The position numbers and the translations under genes were made by a program. Below are positions 38,857-50,934 of a stretch of DNA of 64,000 bases, in pieces. Source of the DNA: Scyliorhinus canicula. Taxonomy: Eukaryota. Within the stretch, counting starts at the first letter, position 1. Each line of letters starts with the position of its first letter. Under the pieces are notes generated by a model, which was not told the DNA's origin, made no database searches, and saw nothing but the letters and a program-made list of their open reading frames with translations. The DNA is taken from NCBI RefSeq assembly GCF_902713615.1, contig NC_052171.1, positions 7,963,209-8,027,208 on the forward strand, written 5' to 3'.

Positions 38857-39040
38857 GGGGCTGGTTTAGCTCACTTGGCTAAATCGCTGGCTTTTAAAGC
38901 AGACCAAGCAGGCCAGCAGCACGGTTCGATTCCCGTACCAGCCTCCCCGAACAGGCGCCGGAATGTGGCGACTAGGGGCTTTTCACAGTAACTTCATTGA
39001 AGCCTACTCGTGACAATAAGTGATTTTCATTTTCATTTCA
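38857..39040 (+). mobile_element. Second tRNA-derived SINE family
   Basis: ggggctggtttagctca...ggttcgattcccgtacc...ttcattttcatttca; reverse copies at 6072, 11065 and 42413. Confidence 0.8.
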
Positions 39041-39902
39041 TATTTTCCTCCAAAGTTACATCCAACAATAATCAGGAACGAATGTAATGTCAATCCCCAT
39101 ATCAAAAGCAACGATCCCGTTCTCCCACAAAACCCCAGACATTAGCCCTCATGTTAACATAAACAAATGGGAAAAAGGAATCAGGAATCACCCATAGTCA
39201 CCATTAACACACACCGCCCCCTCTTCCCCCCACCTAATGTTCAACGTGATCCAATTCTCAAAAGTGCATAATAACGCCCATGAATTGTAGAACCCCTCCA
39301 TCCTTCCCCTCAGTTCAAATTTGACCCTTTCAAGCGTCAAGAATTCCAGCCACGCCAGGGCACAGGGTGGAGAGGTTGATCTCCACCCTAACAGGATCCA
39401 CCTTCAGGCGATCAACGAGGCAAAGGCTACAACATCTGCCCCGTTTCCAACCCCGGCTGGTCCGACACCCCGAATGTGGCCTCCCGAGGGCCCGGGTCCA
39501 GTTTCACGTGCACCACTTTAGAGATTACCCTAAACACCTCCTTCCAGTAATCCTCCAGCTTTGGACAGGACCAAAACATATGAATGTGGTTTACGTGCGC
39601 CCCACCACCCCAACATTCACACACATCTTCTACCCCCTCAAAGAGCCGGCTCATCCTTGCCCTCGTGAGGTGTGCTCTATACACCTCTAATAAAGATGAA
39701 CCGGGAGCGAATCCTCCACACATCCCGCCGACTGCGACGTGCGACGATGACACCATAGGGCCGGGGGGGGGGGGGGGGGGGGAAGCCAGCAGGCGCCCCG
39801 TGCCGCCTTCGTGTGGGGGTGCCGAGGGCAGCGGGAAGGTGCAGTCGTTCCCCCCTCCAAAAAAAATGAGGAGGGGGGCCAAGAGGCGAGGAGGGTCCGT
39901 AC

Positions 39903-40074
39903 CTTGGGAGAAGCATTCCTCGGAGCGGGTGGACGTGAGCACCCCCTCCGTCAGCAGGAAGCCGCAGTCGGTGCACACCAGGTGGCTCTGGCTGTAGTGG
40001 GAATCCTCCTCCACGTGAGAGGAGCCACATTCTGGGCAGCTGCCTCTTCCAGACATCTTCTGGGATGCTTGACC
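39903..40074 (-). CDS. BRF2: BRF2 Zn-ribbon exon (conserved ATG at 40056; acceptor at 40074)
   Basis: [32 protein letters not shown] (CxxC...CxxC); donor G|gtacgg; strong polypyrimidine acceptor 18 nt upstream of the ATG. CDS from 40056 is 1278 nt, 425 aa. Confidence 0.93.
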
Positions 40075-40389
40075 CTGCAAGAAGAGAGAGAGGGGGGAAA
40101 AAAAACAACATTGAAAAAAAAGACTGGGACCACAAAAATATTGAGCATGGCATATCAAGCAATTTAGTTGCATATCTCCCCTCCTGTCTTCACCCAGCCC
40201 CCTGACACACACAAACAGTGAGTTTGCACATTGCTGTGACTCCAAGTTCTGAATGAAGAAGAAGCAGCAAAGGCGCCACTGACCCTGCCTGCAGCACCTA
40301 AATTTACGTTCTGCACGCCTGCAAACACAGGACGTGGTTACCTTGGGCGTAAGGAGGGGAGGACAACCCATTCTCCCAGGCCTGGACCT

Positions 40390-40900
40390 CCCCTCTGGTC
40401 AAGATGGCGGCCGACGGCTCGCCCCGCACAAGGATGGCGGGTATCTCTGCCCCCCTATAAAAATGGCGGCGGTGCCTTCTCCTCCCCTCGCCAATCTGAC
40501 GGCCGCTCATTTACCCCTCACCAAGATGGCGTCTCCCCCCCCCCAACCACACACACACTTTCTCTCTCTCCTCCCAATCCGCATCCAAAGATGGCGACGC
40601 TGCCGCCTCCGCCCCTCACAAAGATGGCACCCCCTCTCTCTCCAGTCCCACTCACTCAAAGATGGCGACGGGGCCGCCTCCGCCCCTCACAAAGATGGCC
40701 GAATCGTCCCCTTCCCCAACATGGCGCCGGGCCAGAAGCCCCCCCCTCCCCCTTACCATCCGGCGGCACGGAGCGGACGTGATTGCGTAATGGCCAGGCC
40801 CGGAAGCCGGGTGCTGGGCCTGCTGTCGGCGGCGAGGAGCGGGAGGCGCCTGTGGAGCCGCGGCGCCTGCGTCCAGGGCGAGGCCGAAGACATGAGTAAG
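40390..40900. promoter_or_regulatory. CpG-rich bidirectional promoter BRF2/DUSP11 with YY1-like cluster and ETS motif
   Basis: CpG dense; nine ANATGGC motifs between 40401 and 40729; CCGGAAG at 40800; divergent first exons. Confidence 0.75.
40757..40759 (-). CDS. BRF2: Putative BRF2 exon 1, with only an ATG as coding sequence
   Basis: The minus strand reads gccgccggATG|gtaagg; splicing to 40074 gives in-frame [12 protein letters not shown]. Confidence 0.55.
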
Positions 40901-40917
40901 AACAAGATACCGGATAG
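40892..40917 (+). CDS. DUSP11: DUSP11 exon 1 (in-frame upstream ATG at 40790)
   Basis: ATG AGT AAG AAC AAG ATA CCG GAT AG|gtgaga; the IPDR-W motif begins the PIR1/capping-enzyme triphosphatase domain. Confidence 0.85.
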
Positions 40918-41009
40918 GTGAGACCTGGGGCCTTCGGGGGGTTGGGTTGGGGTGAGGCCTGGGGCTGTCTCTAACCTCTCCTCCCATCTCTCTCTCTCCC
41001 TTTGTGTAG

Positions 41010-41085
41010 ATGGGAGAACTACTCTGCGGTGGGGCTCAGGCTGCCGGGGACCAGGTTCATCGCCTTCAAAGTCCCATTGAAAAAG
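41010..41085 (+). CDS. DUSP11: DUSP11 exon 2
   Basis: tgtag|A...AAG|gtacgg; WENYSAVGLRLPGTRFIAFKVPLKK. Confidence 0.93.
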
Positions 41086-41169
41086 GTACGGGGGGGTGGG
41101 GGGAATCAGGGAAAGCCTGGCCTCTCCATTCGCACCCAACTGCTGCACAAATTCCTGGTCAGACCATAA

Positions 41170-42720
41170 TAATCATAATAACTTTTATTCGTGTCGCAAG
41201 TCGGCTTACATGAACACTGCAATGAAGTTACTGTGAAAATCCCCTAAGTCGCCACACTCCGGCGCCTGTTCGGGTACACAGAGGGAGAATTCAGAACGTC
41301 CAATTCACCCTAACAAGCACGTCTTTCGGGACTTGTGGGAGGAAACCGGAGCACCCGGAGGAAACCCACACAGTAACGGGGAGAACGTGCAGACTCCGCA
41401 CTGGCAGTCACCCCAAGCTGCGAATCAAACCCGGGACCCTGGAGCTGTAGCAACATTGCTAACCACTGTGCTACCGTCCCACCGTTGCCTCACAGCGCCC
41501 GGGACCCAGGTCTGCGCGGGTTTGCTCCCGTTTCCTCCCACAGTCCAAAGATGTGCAGGTTAGCTGGATTGGCCGTGCTCAAATTGTCCCTCAGTTTCCA
41601 GAGGGTTAGGTGGGGTTACGGGGTTAGAGTGGATGGGTGCGTTTAAGTATGGTGCTCTTTACAAGGGCTGGTGGAGACCCGAGGGACCGAATGGCCTCCT
41701 TCTGCACAGTAGATTCCATGAATCAAACCCGGGTCCCTGGAGCTGTGAAGCAACAATGCTAACCACTGCATTGCCGTACCGCCCACCTGGGAGCTGCCCT
41801 GCACACCACACCTCAGCAAGCATGCATAGATCCGTGGGAGGAGATGCCGTGCAGCATTTGTTAACAGGGTGACCCAGATTTCAAGGATTCACTCATTGAG
41901 GAGAGAGATTCCACTGTAGTCCCTAGAATTTAGAAGGCGGGGCGGGAGGGAGTGGATTCCACCACGCTAAAGTGAACGAGGAGGGTAGAGGGAGGCACGT
42001 AGGTCAGCACTGCTGCCTCACGGCGCCAGGGACCCGGGTTCGATTCCGGCCTCGGGTGATCATCTGTGTGTCGAGTACGCACTTCTCCCCCTTGGTCGCG
42101 GTGGTTTCCTCCGGGTGCTCTGCTTCCCTCCCCACAGCCCAAAGACGTGCAGGATCATAGAAGTTACAGTGCAGAAGGAGGCCATTCGGCCTATCGAGTC
42201 TGCACTGGCCCTTGGAAAGAGCACCCTCTAGCCCACGGCTCTACCATATCCCCGTAACCAGTAAGAGGCAATTGATCATGGCCAACCCACCTAACCTGCA
42301 CATCTCTGGACTGTGGGAAGAAACCGGAGCACCCGGAGAAACCCATGCAGACATGGGGAGAAAGTGCAAACTCCACACAGTTACCCAAGGCCGGAGTTGA
42401 ACCCGGGCCCCTGAAATGAAATGAAAATCGCTTATTGTCACAAGTAGGCTTCAAATGAAGTTACTGTGAAAAGTCCCTAGTCGCCACCTTCCGGCACCTG
42501 TTCGGGGAGGCTGATACGGGAATCGAACCGTGCTGCTGGCCTGCCTTGGTCTGTTTTCAAAGCCAGCGATTTAGCCCTGTGCTAAACAGCCCCGAAGTGG
42601 TGAGGCAGCAGTGCTAACCACTAGCCGCCCAGGTCAGGTGGATTGGCCACGCTGAATTGCCCCTTAGTGTCCACAGATGTGCAGATGAGGTAAGGTTGCG
42701 GGGACGGGGGGGGGGGGAAC
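41170..42720. mobile_element. Dense nest of SINE fragments in both orientations
   Basis: At least five partial or nested V-core and family-2 SINE copies. Confidence 0.75.
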
Positions 42721-42969
42721 GGGGGGGGCTCGAGGGGCTGTCTGGTTTCTACAAGTACCGAAAAAATTGAGTACCGATGGAACAGAGGCAAGTTTTTTTT
42801 TCTTGTTAAAGCCACCAGTTTGTGGAATTCTTTTCCATGGATAGCAGTGGAGGCTGGGTTATTGAATATCCGAGTCTAGACAGATTTTTGGTCAACACAA
42901 TGTTGCTCATTTTCTTACAACCCCGCCCTATTCTTTTATCTCCATCGCCACGATGTACCTTTCCTTCAG

Positions 42970-43101
42970 ATGTTCGAGAAACAGTTGCAACCGGGCAAAT
43001 TCTTCTCGCCCCCTGACCTCCTGAGACAGGTCCAGGAACAGAGTGAGGAGTTGGGAAAAATCATCGACCTCACCTTTACGAAGCGGTATTATGATTCCAA
43101 G
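42970..43101 (+). CDS. DUSP11: DUSP11 exon 3
   Basis: ttcag|ATG...AAG|gtaaca; FSPPDL...ELGKIIDLTFTKRYY. Confidence 0.93.
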
Positions 43102-43867
43102 GTAACAAGAGGAGATCCTTTGCCTTTACCCTTTGCTGACTGGGGAGGGTGGCGCGCTCAGTTGCGATGCATGCACAGGATTTCTGTCAACCGTGGAAGC
43201 GAGTGATCAGTGAGTGTCAGGTTTGCGAGATTTTGCTGGCAGCCATCTTAGTCATGCTTCTATCTTGGGCGTAGGAAATGGTGTTCTTTGCTTTTAAATG
43301 TATTCCTCCGAGATCGGCTCCAGAAATATTTAAGTGGGTGTTGGAAACAGGGATCCTGAATACAACGGTGAATTTAACATGACTTGTGTAACGTTATGGG
43401 TCGGACAGATCATTGGCTTTTCCCCCAGTAGAACTGTAGTCCCCATTTCGGGGGGGGGGGGGGGGGGGGTGATTATTTTGTCGGCTGGGTATGTGGGGCA
43501 GGGGGTAATCAGATTTGAGAATCCAGGAGCACAGAGGCAGCCAATACTGTCAGCAAGATTCTCACCGAATTGGAATGGTGGCTTGAAATGCGAAGGCTTG
43601 GGTGCAATGTTCTCTCAGATGTGCGGAGCGTGGGTTTGTGGAGGGAGGTCTGAGCTGGGTTGTGGGGGCGAAGGGCGGGGTGTCCGTTGGGTGATGGTCG
43701 GAGGATGGGCAAATACGCAGCGTAAGATGGCACTGGGGGGGGGGGGGGGGGTGGACGGACATCGGTGCCAATCCCATGTCAGATTGTAACCGCACTGAAT
43801 CTGTCTCCACGGGCACACACCTTATCGCTGTGCCAGTTCACTTTCAATTTCTTCTCCGTGGTTGCAG

Positions 43868-43991
43868 GAGTTGCCGAAGGATTTGGTTTATGAGAAGATT
43901 TTCACCGCCGGCCATGAAGTGCCAAGTGGAAAAAACATTTTGACATTCAAAAAAGCTGTGCGCAGCTTCCTGTCGGGTAACCTGGACAACG
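43868..43991 (+). CDS. DUSP11: DUSP11 exon 4
   Basis: tgcag|GAG...G|gtaagc; ELPKDLVYEKIFTAGHEVP...FKKAVRSFL. Confidence 0.93.
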
Positions 43992-44067
43992 GTAAGCTTG
44001 CCACCCGCCCGGGGCTGAGGGTCCACCCGCCCGGGGCTGTGGTGGCAGAGTGGGCATTCGATTAAAT

Positions 44068-44290
44068 TGGGGCAGCACGGTGGTGCAGTAGTTAGCACTG
44101 CTGCCTCACGGCGCCGAGGACCCGGGTTTGATCCCGGCTCTGGGTCACTGCCTGTGTGGAGTTTGCACATTCTCCCTGTGTCTGCGTGGGTTTCACCTCC
44201 ACACAACCCAAAGATGTGCCGGGTAGGTCGATTGGCCGCGCTAAATTGCCTCGAAATTGGGGGATAAAATGAATTGGTCACTTTAAATTT
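44068..44290 (+). mobile_element. HE1-like SINE
   Basis: Head plus core. Confidence 0.82.
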
Positions 44291-44713
44291 ATAAAACCAA
44301 CATTAATATTAAAGGGAGGAGCCTGAGATTTAGTTAAATGCTTCCCCCCCCCCCCAGAGTGATCAGGTTCAAGGTTGGCTCTTTGCCTGTCGCACAATGT
44401 TGGTCACCTCAAGCTGCTGGATGTCCCCGGGTGGAAGCGAGACACCTTTCGGGATGTTCCACCGTTTTCAAGTGAACAAAGTCCTTTTTTTTCTGAGGTG
44501 TTTGTCACTGTTGTACTGCAGGACAATGTGCCAGCATGTGGACAGCTAGCTCCCACACATAGCAATGTGAGAACGGGGAGATTCTGTCTCTCAAACGGTG
44601 CTGGTTGAAGAATACATGTTGGCGAGGGTACCGGTCAGAACTCGCCTGTTCTTTGAATCGTGCCATAGAGTTTTTCATATCTGTCATGTGATCTCCTAAA
44701 GTGGCGTCCTCGA

Positions 44714-45872
44714 CAGTACTGTGCACCCTCAGTACTGACCCTCTGACAGTGCGGCACTCCCTCAGTACTGACCCTCTGACAGTGCAGCACTCCCTCAGTA
44801 CTGACCCTCTGATAGTGCGGCACTCCCTCAGTACTGACCCTCTGACAGTGCGGCACTCCCTCAGTACTGACCCTCTGACAGTGCAGCACTCCCTCAGTAC
44901 TGACCTCTCTGACAGTGTGCAGCACTCCCTCAGTACTGACCCTCTGACAGTGCGGCACTCCCTCAGTACTGACCCTCTGACAGTGCAGCACTCCCTCAGT
45001 ACTGACCCCCTGACAGTGCAGCACTCCCTCAGTACTGACCCTCTGACAGTGCAGCACTCCCTCAGTACTGACCCTCTGACAGTGCAGCACTCCCTCAGTA
45101 CTGACCCTCTGACAGTGCGGCACTCCCTCAGTACTGACCCTCTGACAGTGCGGCACTCCCTCAGTACTGACCCTCTGACAGTGCAGCACTCCCTCAGTAC
45201 TGACCCTCTGACAGTGCGGCACTCCCTCAGTACTGACCCTCTGACAGTGCGGCACTCCCTCAGTACTGACCCTCTGACAGTGCGGCACTCCCTCAGTACT
45301 GACCCTCTGACAGTGCGGCACTCCCTCAGTACTGACCCTCTGACAGTGCGGCACTCCCTCAGTACTGACCCTCTGACAGTGCAGCACTCCCTCAGTACTG
45401 ACCCTCTGACAGTGCAGCACTCCCTCAGTACTGACCCTCTGACAGTGCAGCACTGCCTCAGTACTGACCCTCTGACAGTGCAGCACTCCCTCAGTACTGA
45501 CCATCTGACAGTACAGCACTCCCTCACTACTGACCCTCTGACAGTGCATCACTCCCTCAGTACTGACCCTCTGACAGTGCAGCACTCCCTCAGTACTGAC
45601 CCTCTGACAGTGCAGCACTCCCTCAGTACTGACCCTCTGACAGTACAGCACTCCCTCACTACTGACCCTCTGACAGTGATCATTCCCTCAGTACTGATCC
45701 TCTGACAGTGCGGCACTCCCTCACTACTGACCCTCTGACAGTGCATCACTCCCTCACTACTGACCCTCTGACAGTGCATCATTCCCTCAGTACTGATCCT
45801 CTGACAGTGCGGCACTCCCTCACTACTGACCCTCTGACAGTGCATCACTCCCTCAGTACTGACCCTCTGACA
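44714..45872 (-). repeat. 33-bp minisatellite, reverse orientation (~35 copies)
   Basis: Reverse complement of the 15546 unit; Deu-like body at 44500-44710. Confidence 0.96.
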
Positions 45873-46013
45873 TTGTGCTTCCGGAGTTGAGTTGAATGTG
45901 AACGTGCCAGGGCCTGGCTGTTGGCAGACACACTCCCATCTTTCAGGCGCGGGATGCAGGGATGGAGCTGTAAGCCGTATGTTGAAGCTTTCTCTGTGCG
46001 TATCTATTTGTAG

Positions 46014-46074
46014 ATAAACTGGTTGGAGTTCACTGCACTCACGGAGTTAATCGGACTGGCTATCTAATTTGCAG
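46014..46074 (+). CDS. DUSP11: DUSP11 exon 5, catalytic P-loop
   Basis: tgtag|AT...AG|gtatgt; [19 protein letters not shown] matches the HCxxxxxR RNA-triphosphatase signature HCTHGxNRTG. Confidence 0.96.
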
Positions 46075-46663
46075 GTATGTTGTCGGTTGATCAATAAGGA
46101 CTTGGGCTTGAGGAATTCAGTAATTTTCCCCCACCTCTTGATTTTGCAAGGAGCTGGAACCTTCCTTTTGCTTGAGGGAGGCAGTCGACTCCCAAACCCC
46201 ACTTCCCCCTGGCAGCAGGGTGGCACAGCGGTCAACGCTGTAAGACGTGCAGGCTAGGTGGACTGGCCACGCTAAATTGCCCCTTAATTGGGGAAAAAAA
46301 ATTGGGCACTCTAAATTTATTAAAAACAAAGTAATCCAATTGGTTATGCGAGTGATTGGGCGGAAATGGGAGACCTTGCACGCTGGGCCTTGACCGAAAG
46401 GCGGGCATTTCTATTGTGCCTTTCGCAACCTCGGAGCGACTCCGAATGCTTTACACGCAGTGAAGGACAATGTGGTGTCTACGCTGCTGGATGTTGGAGA
46501 AAATACGGCGATCAGTTTGTGCACAGCGAGCAGCCATGTCCGAATAAGGAGCTAATTTTTTTTCCTGACCTTGATTGAGGGATGAATGTTGGTCAGGACA
46601 CTGGGTGTGGGTGGTTGGGGCCTCTTACTGATTTCACCCCCTCCACTCTCGGCTTTGTTTCAG

Positions 46664-46710
46664 GTACCTGATCGACGTGGATGGGATGGACCCTCGCAAT
46701 GCAATCGATT
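46664..46710 (+). CDS. DUSP11: DUSP11 exon 6
   Basis: ttcag|G...T|gtaagt; YLIDVDGMDPRNAID. Confidence 0.92.
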
Positions 46711-46793
46711 GTAAGTTCTTGCTCTTCCCCTCTTGGCTGTTGCACCGATTGCCGCTTTGACAAGCTCCTAAACTTTGGTTCTTTCCCCTCCAG

Positions 46794-46869
46794 TGTTCAA
46801 TAAATCCAGAGGACATCCGATAGAGAGACCGAACTACATACAGGATCTGCTGCAAGGGCAAAACAGGAG
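46794..46869 (+). CDS. DUSP11: DUSP11 exon 7
   Basis: tccag|TG...AG|gtaagg; FNKSRGHPIERPNYIQDL. Confidence 0.93.
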
Positions 46870-47174
46870 GTAAGGACTCCGGCTCCAGAAAGGTTAATAA
46901 CCAGAACTTGGCCTGTTCCGGTGCCCAGGTGCTGACAGGGCTGTGGCACAGTTGCAGAATGATTCCCCTCCCCTATTGCCGTACTCCATTTTGCCCATCG
47001 TGTTCCTGCTGGGTCTGTACACCCGTGAATGCGAATCGACAACCTGGGGAGCTTTGCAGGTTTAAAACCCTCCTCGTGCAGCGAGGGTCAAGCTCGGGAA
47101 TAAGGAAGGGGGGCAGCCGCAATGTTGGGGCCTCCTGACAGCCAGCTGGAGATAGAGGAGCAGATATGGAGACA

Positions 47175-48065
47175 CAAAGATTGGTGGAGTTGTGTGGATG
47201 GTGAAGAGGATTGTCAGAGGCGACCGTGGGATATAGATGGACTGGAGACTTGGGCGGAAAGCTGGAAGATGGCGTTTAATCCGCACAAATGTGAGGTAGT
47301 GTATTTTGGAAGGTTTAATACAGATGGGAATTATACAGTAAATGAGAGAACCGTAAGAGCATTGACAGGCTGAGGGATCTGGGTGTGCAGGTCCACAGAT
47401 CACTGAAAGTGGCAACGCAGGTGGAGAAGGCAGACGGCATGCTTGCCTTCATTGGATGGGGCATTGAGTATAAAAACTGGCAGTGTTATGCTGCTGCTGT
47501 ACAGGGCCTCAGTTAGGCCACTTTTGGAATATTGCGTACAGTTCTGGTCGCCACACTACCAGAAGGATGTGGAGGCTTTGGAGAGGGTGCAGAGGAGGTT
47601 TACTAAGGATGTTGCCTGGTCTGGAGGGTGTTAGCTATGCGGAGAGGTATGAGGATAACCTCAGATTGTTTTGACGGGCGAGACGGAGATTGAGGGGTGA
47701 CCTGTTCGAGGTTTACAAAATTCTGAGGGGCATGGGCAGAGGGGGCACCAGAAGGTTTTTTTCCCAGGGTGGGAGAGTCAATTACGAGGGGGCATCGGTT
47801 TAAGGTGCGAGGGGCAAAGGTTAGAGGAGATGTACGAGGCAGGTTTTTTTTACACAGAGGGTGCTGAGTGGCTGGAACTCGCTGCCGGAGGAGGTGATGG
47901 AAGCACGGCGATTAAGGGGCATCTTGACGAATACATGAATAGGATGGGAATAGAGGGATACGGACCCTGGAAGTGTAGAAGATTTTAGTTTAGACGGGCA
48001 GCATGGTCGGCACAGGCTTGGAGGGCCGAAGGGCCTGTTCCTGTGCTGTACTTGTTCTTTGTTCT
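47175..48065 (+). mobile_element. CR1 LINE 3' fragment
   Basis: WAESWKMAFNPHKCEV and VRPLLEYCVQFWSPHYQKDVEALERVQRRFT motifs. Confidence 0.9.
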
Positions 48066-48194
48066 GTTCTTTGTTCCACCCCTGCCTTTTGCTCGGGTTA
48101 TATGTTCCTCGTTGCACAGTTCTCACAGTGAGAAGACATGTTGGCTCAACTTCCCTCTGTTTAATCCCCCCCCCCCCCCACCCCTGCCCCGCAG

Positions 48195-48284
48195 CAATAA
48201 TGGAACTGGTGTACCTGCTCCATGCCCAGGAACGAGGCAGAAGGAACATCACAGGCCGCAGGCTGTGTTCAAGCAGAGACAGAG
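48195..48284 (+). CDS. DUSP11: DUSP11 exon 8 (variable tail)
   Basis: cgcag|C...AG|gtgtgt; 90 nt, phase 2-2, open; NNGTGVPAPCPGTRQKEHHRPQAVFKQRQ. No homology support. Confidence 0.65.
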
Positions 48285-49669
48285 GTGTGTATGAATGTGT
48301 GATTACTCAGTTTGCTTTATGGTGACATCCTCAAACTGTCCTGACGAGACGGAGTGCAAATACCTGATTATTTTTCCCCCCCAAATCCTGAATCTAAACT
48401 TTGTTCAAATCTGCAACAGTTGATGACAAATCTACTCTCCCCATTCGTACCTCCCCTCATCCCACTTTTTGATCATATCTGGCCCCATTGCTACCCAGCC
48501 TCGCCTCGCACCGTCACCCTTTTTTGAGCTGTCCTGCCCTCTCCCCATCACAAACTTTCCCTTTTGCTCTTCCCCCCCCCCCCCCCCCCTCTTCCTGCCA
48601 CATCTCGTGCTGCCTTTCCGTTTCCCGTTCCTGTCTGTAGAGCGAGCTGGGTTAACAGTGGTGTGAGATAGGGACGGCACAGTGGCTAGCACTGCTGCCT
48701 CGCGGCGCCGAGGTCCCGGGTCCGATCCCGGATCACCGTCCGTGTGGAGTTTGCGCATTCTCCCCCGTGTCTGCGTGGCTCTCACCCCCCACAACCCAAA
48801 AAGATGTGCAGGGTAGTTGGATTGGCCAGGCTAAATTGCCCCTTAATTGGGAATAAAACCAGTGGTGTGAGATTCAGAATTCTTTGGGAATTAGCGGGGA
48901 TGAATCCAGAGTGGCTGATACCAAGAGCGGGAGATTTGGGGCGAAGGGGGGGGGTGCATTAAAATCAGCCCCTAAAAGGCGCGAGGTCATGACCCAGGCG
49001 GAGATCACCATGTTGAAGAATAGACAAGACAGATTGAAGGCAAAGGGTGTCTGGTAGGTAGACGCAAGCACGGGTTTGGTGGGCCAAATGGCCTGCATTT
49101 GTATTTTGAGCTGTGATATTCTGTTGTATTGAGTGTGGTCCAGAAGGTTGTATGCAGGGACCGTTCGACTTTGGTGTACCTTTCCAGAAGGATGCTGCGT
49201 TGCTGTCTTGGTAGCTGCGGCTTACAGAGCCTGTTGTGTGACTCTGTCTGATTCTGTCACAGGGGTGCAGGGCCCTCAGCTGTCGCACTGCCCCACCTTG
49301 CCCTTGTTGTGCAGTGTTTGTGACGGCAACAGTCAGCCGGGAGGCACAGGCTAGATCTGCAATGGAGTCCCACTGGGTCACCGCACTCTCCTGTGTATCC
49401 ATCTGTTTGTCGAATCTTGTATAGCCCGTTGCGAAATAAACCCATCAGATGTTGCGTTCCTTTGTCAACAGGAAGGGTTGTCATCGCAGTTATTCAAACA
49501 GCACTCACTCTCTCTCTCGATGTAGCTATCTTGCGCTCGCTCCTTTGGTGTTCCGAAAAATGAATGTTCCGCAAGCATTTATATTCAAAACCTATTCAGA
49601 ATATTGAACCCGACAGGCGGGAAAATGACCCTTACCACTGACTGACTCAACTCACTTACCTCCTGCTCA

Positions 49670-50560
49670 TGGCCATCTAAGGAAATTCGGCATGTCCACA
49701 CTGACTTACCACCACGGAAAGCATCCTATCGGGCTGCATCACGGTCTGGTATGGCAACCGCTCGGCCCAAAACCGTAAGCAACTACAGAGAGTCGTGAAC
49801 ACAGCCCAGTCCACCACACGAACCCGCCTCCCATCCATTGATTCCATCTACACCTCCCGCTGCCTGGGGAAAGCGGGCAGCATAATCAAAGACCCCTCCC
49901 ACCCGGCTTACTCACTCTTCCAACTTCTTCCATCGGGCAGGAGATTCAGAAGTCTGAGAACACGCACGAACAGACTCAAAAACAGCTTCTTCCCCACTGT
50001 CACCAGACTCCTAAACAACCCTCTTATGGACTGACCTCATTAACACTACACCCTATATGCTTCACCCACTACCGGTGTCTATGTATTTACATTGTGGATC
50101 TTGTGTTGCACTATTATATATTTTGATTTCATGTACTAAGTGATCTGTTGAGCTGTATGCAGAAAAATACTTTTCACTGTAGGGCAGCACGGTAGCATGG
50201 TGGTTAGCATAAATGCTTCACAGCTCCAGGGTCCCAGGTTCGATTCCCGGCTGGGTCGCTGTCTGTGTGGAGTCTGCACGTCCTCCCCCTGTGTGCGTGG
50301 GTTTCCTCCGGGTGCTCCGGTTTCCTCCCACAGTCCAAAGATGTGTGGGTTAGGTGGATTGGCCATGCTAAATTGCCCGTAGTGTCCTAATAAAAGTAAG
50401 GTTAAGGGGAGGGGGGGGGGGGTTGTTGGGTTACGGGTATAGGGTGGCTACGTGGGTTTGAGTAGGGTGATCATGGCTCGGCACAACATTGAGGGCCGAA
50501 GGGCCTGTGCTGTACTGTTCTATGTTCTATGTACCTCGGTACACGTAACAATAAACAAAT
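49670..50560 (+). mobile_element. LINE 3' end (Rex1/Babar-like) with SINE inserted at 50181-50530
   Basis: IIKDPSHPAYSLFQLLPSGRRFRSLRTRTNRLKNSFFP motif; the tail resumes after the SINE; reverse copy at 63615-64000. Confidence 0.8.
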
Positions 50561-50934
50561 CCACATCCATCTGCCTGCAGCTTGCCTTCTCTCCAGACTC
50601 TCGAGCTCCTCACTCCTGCTTGCCACTTCCCTCAATGACTCCCCTGCCCGACACTCCCCTCCCGCCCACCACCCTCTCACTGAGGGGGCAGGTCAGCAAG
50701 TGGGGCGGGAGGGGGTAGAGGGGTACGGACAGAGTGGCTCAGCGATAGGGAAGTGGCGGGGTTGGAGTGGGTTAGGGAGGAGGGAGCGCTCCAAGATGGC
50801 AATATTGTGGGGGGAGAAGTACTGGGGAAAATTGTACAGTCGCAGGGATGGTCTGCACAAGTCATCCAATGTTGGAGGAATCGGACTGAACCAGTAGTCT
50901 ACTGTTATAGGGGAATAGTGAGGATGCTCTGCCA

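Noticed and set aside
38857-38945. tRNA-like A/B-box sequences as tRNA genes
   Set aside because: They are SINE heads continuing into SINE bodies; no clean cloverleaf or Pol III terminator was seen.
41010-46869. mRNA capping enzyme RNGTT
   Set aside because: The motifs ([20 protein letters not shown]) and the absence of a guanylyltransferase domain indicate DUSP11.
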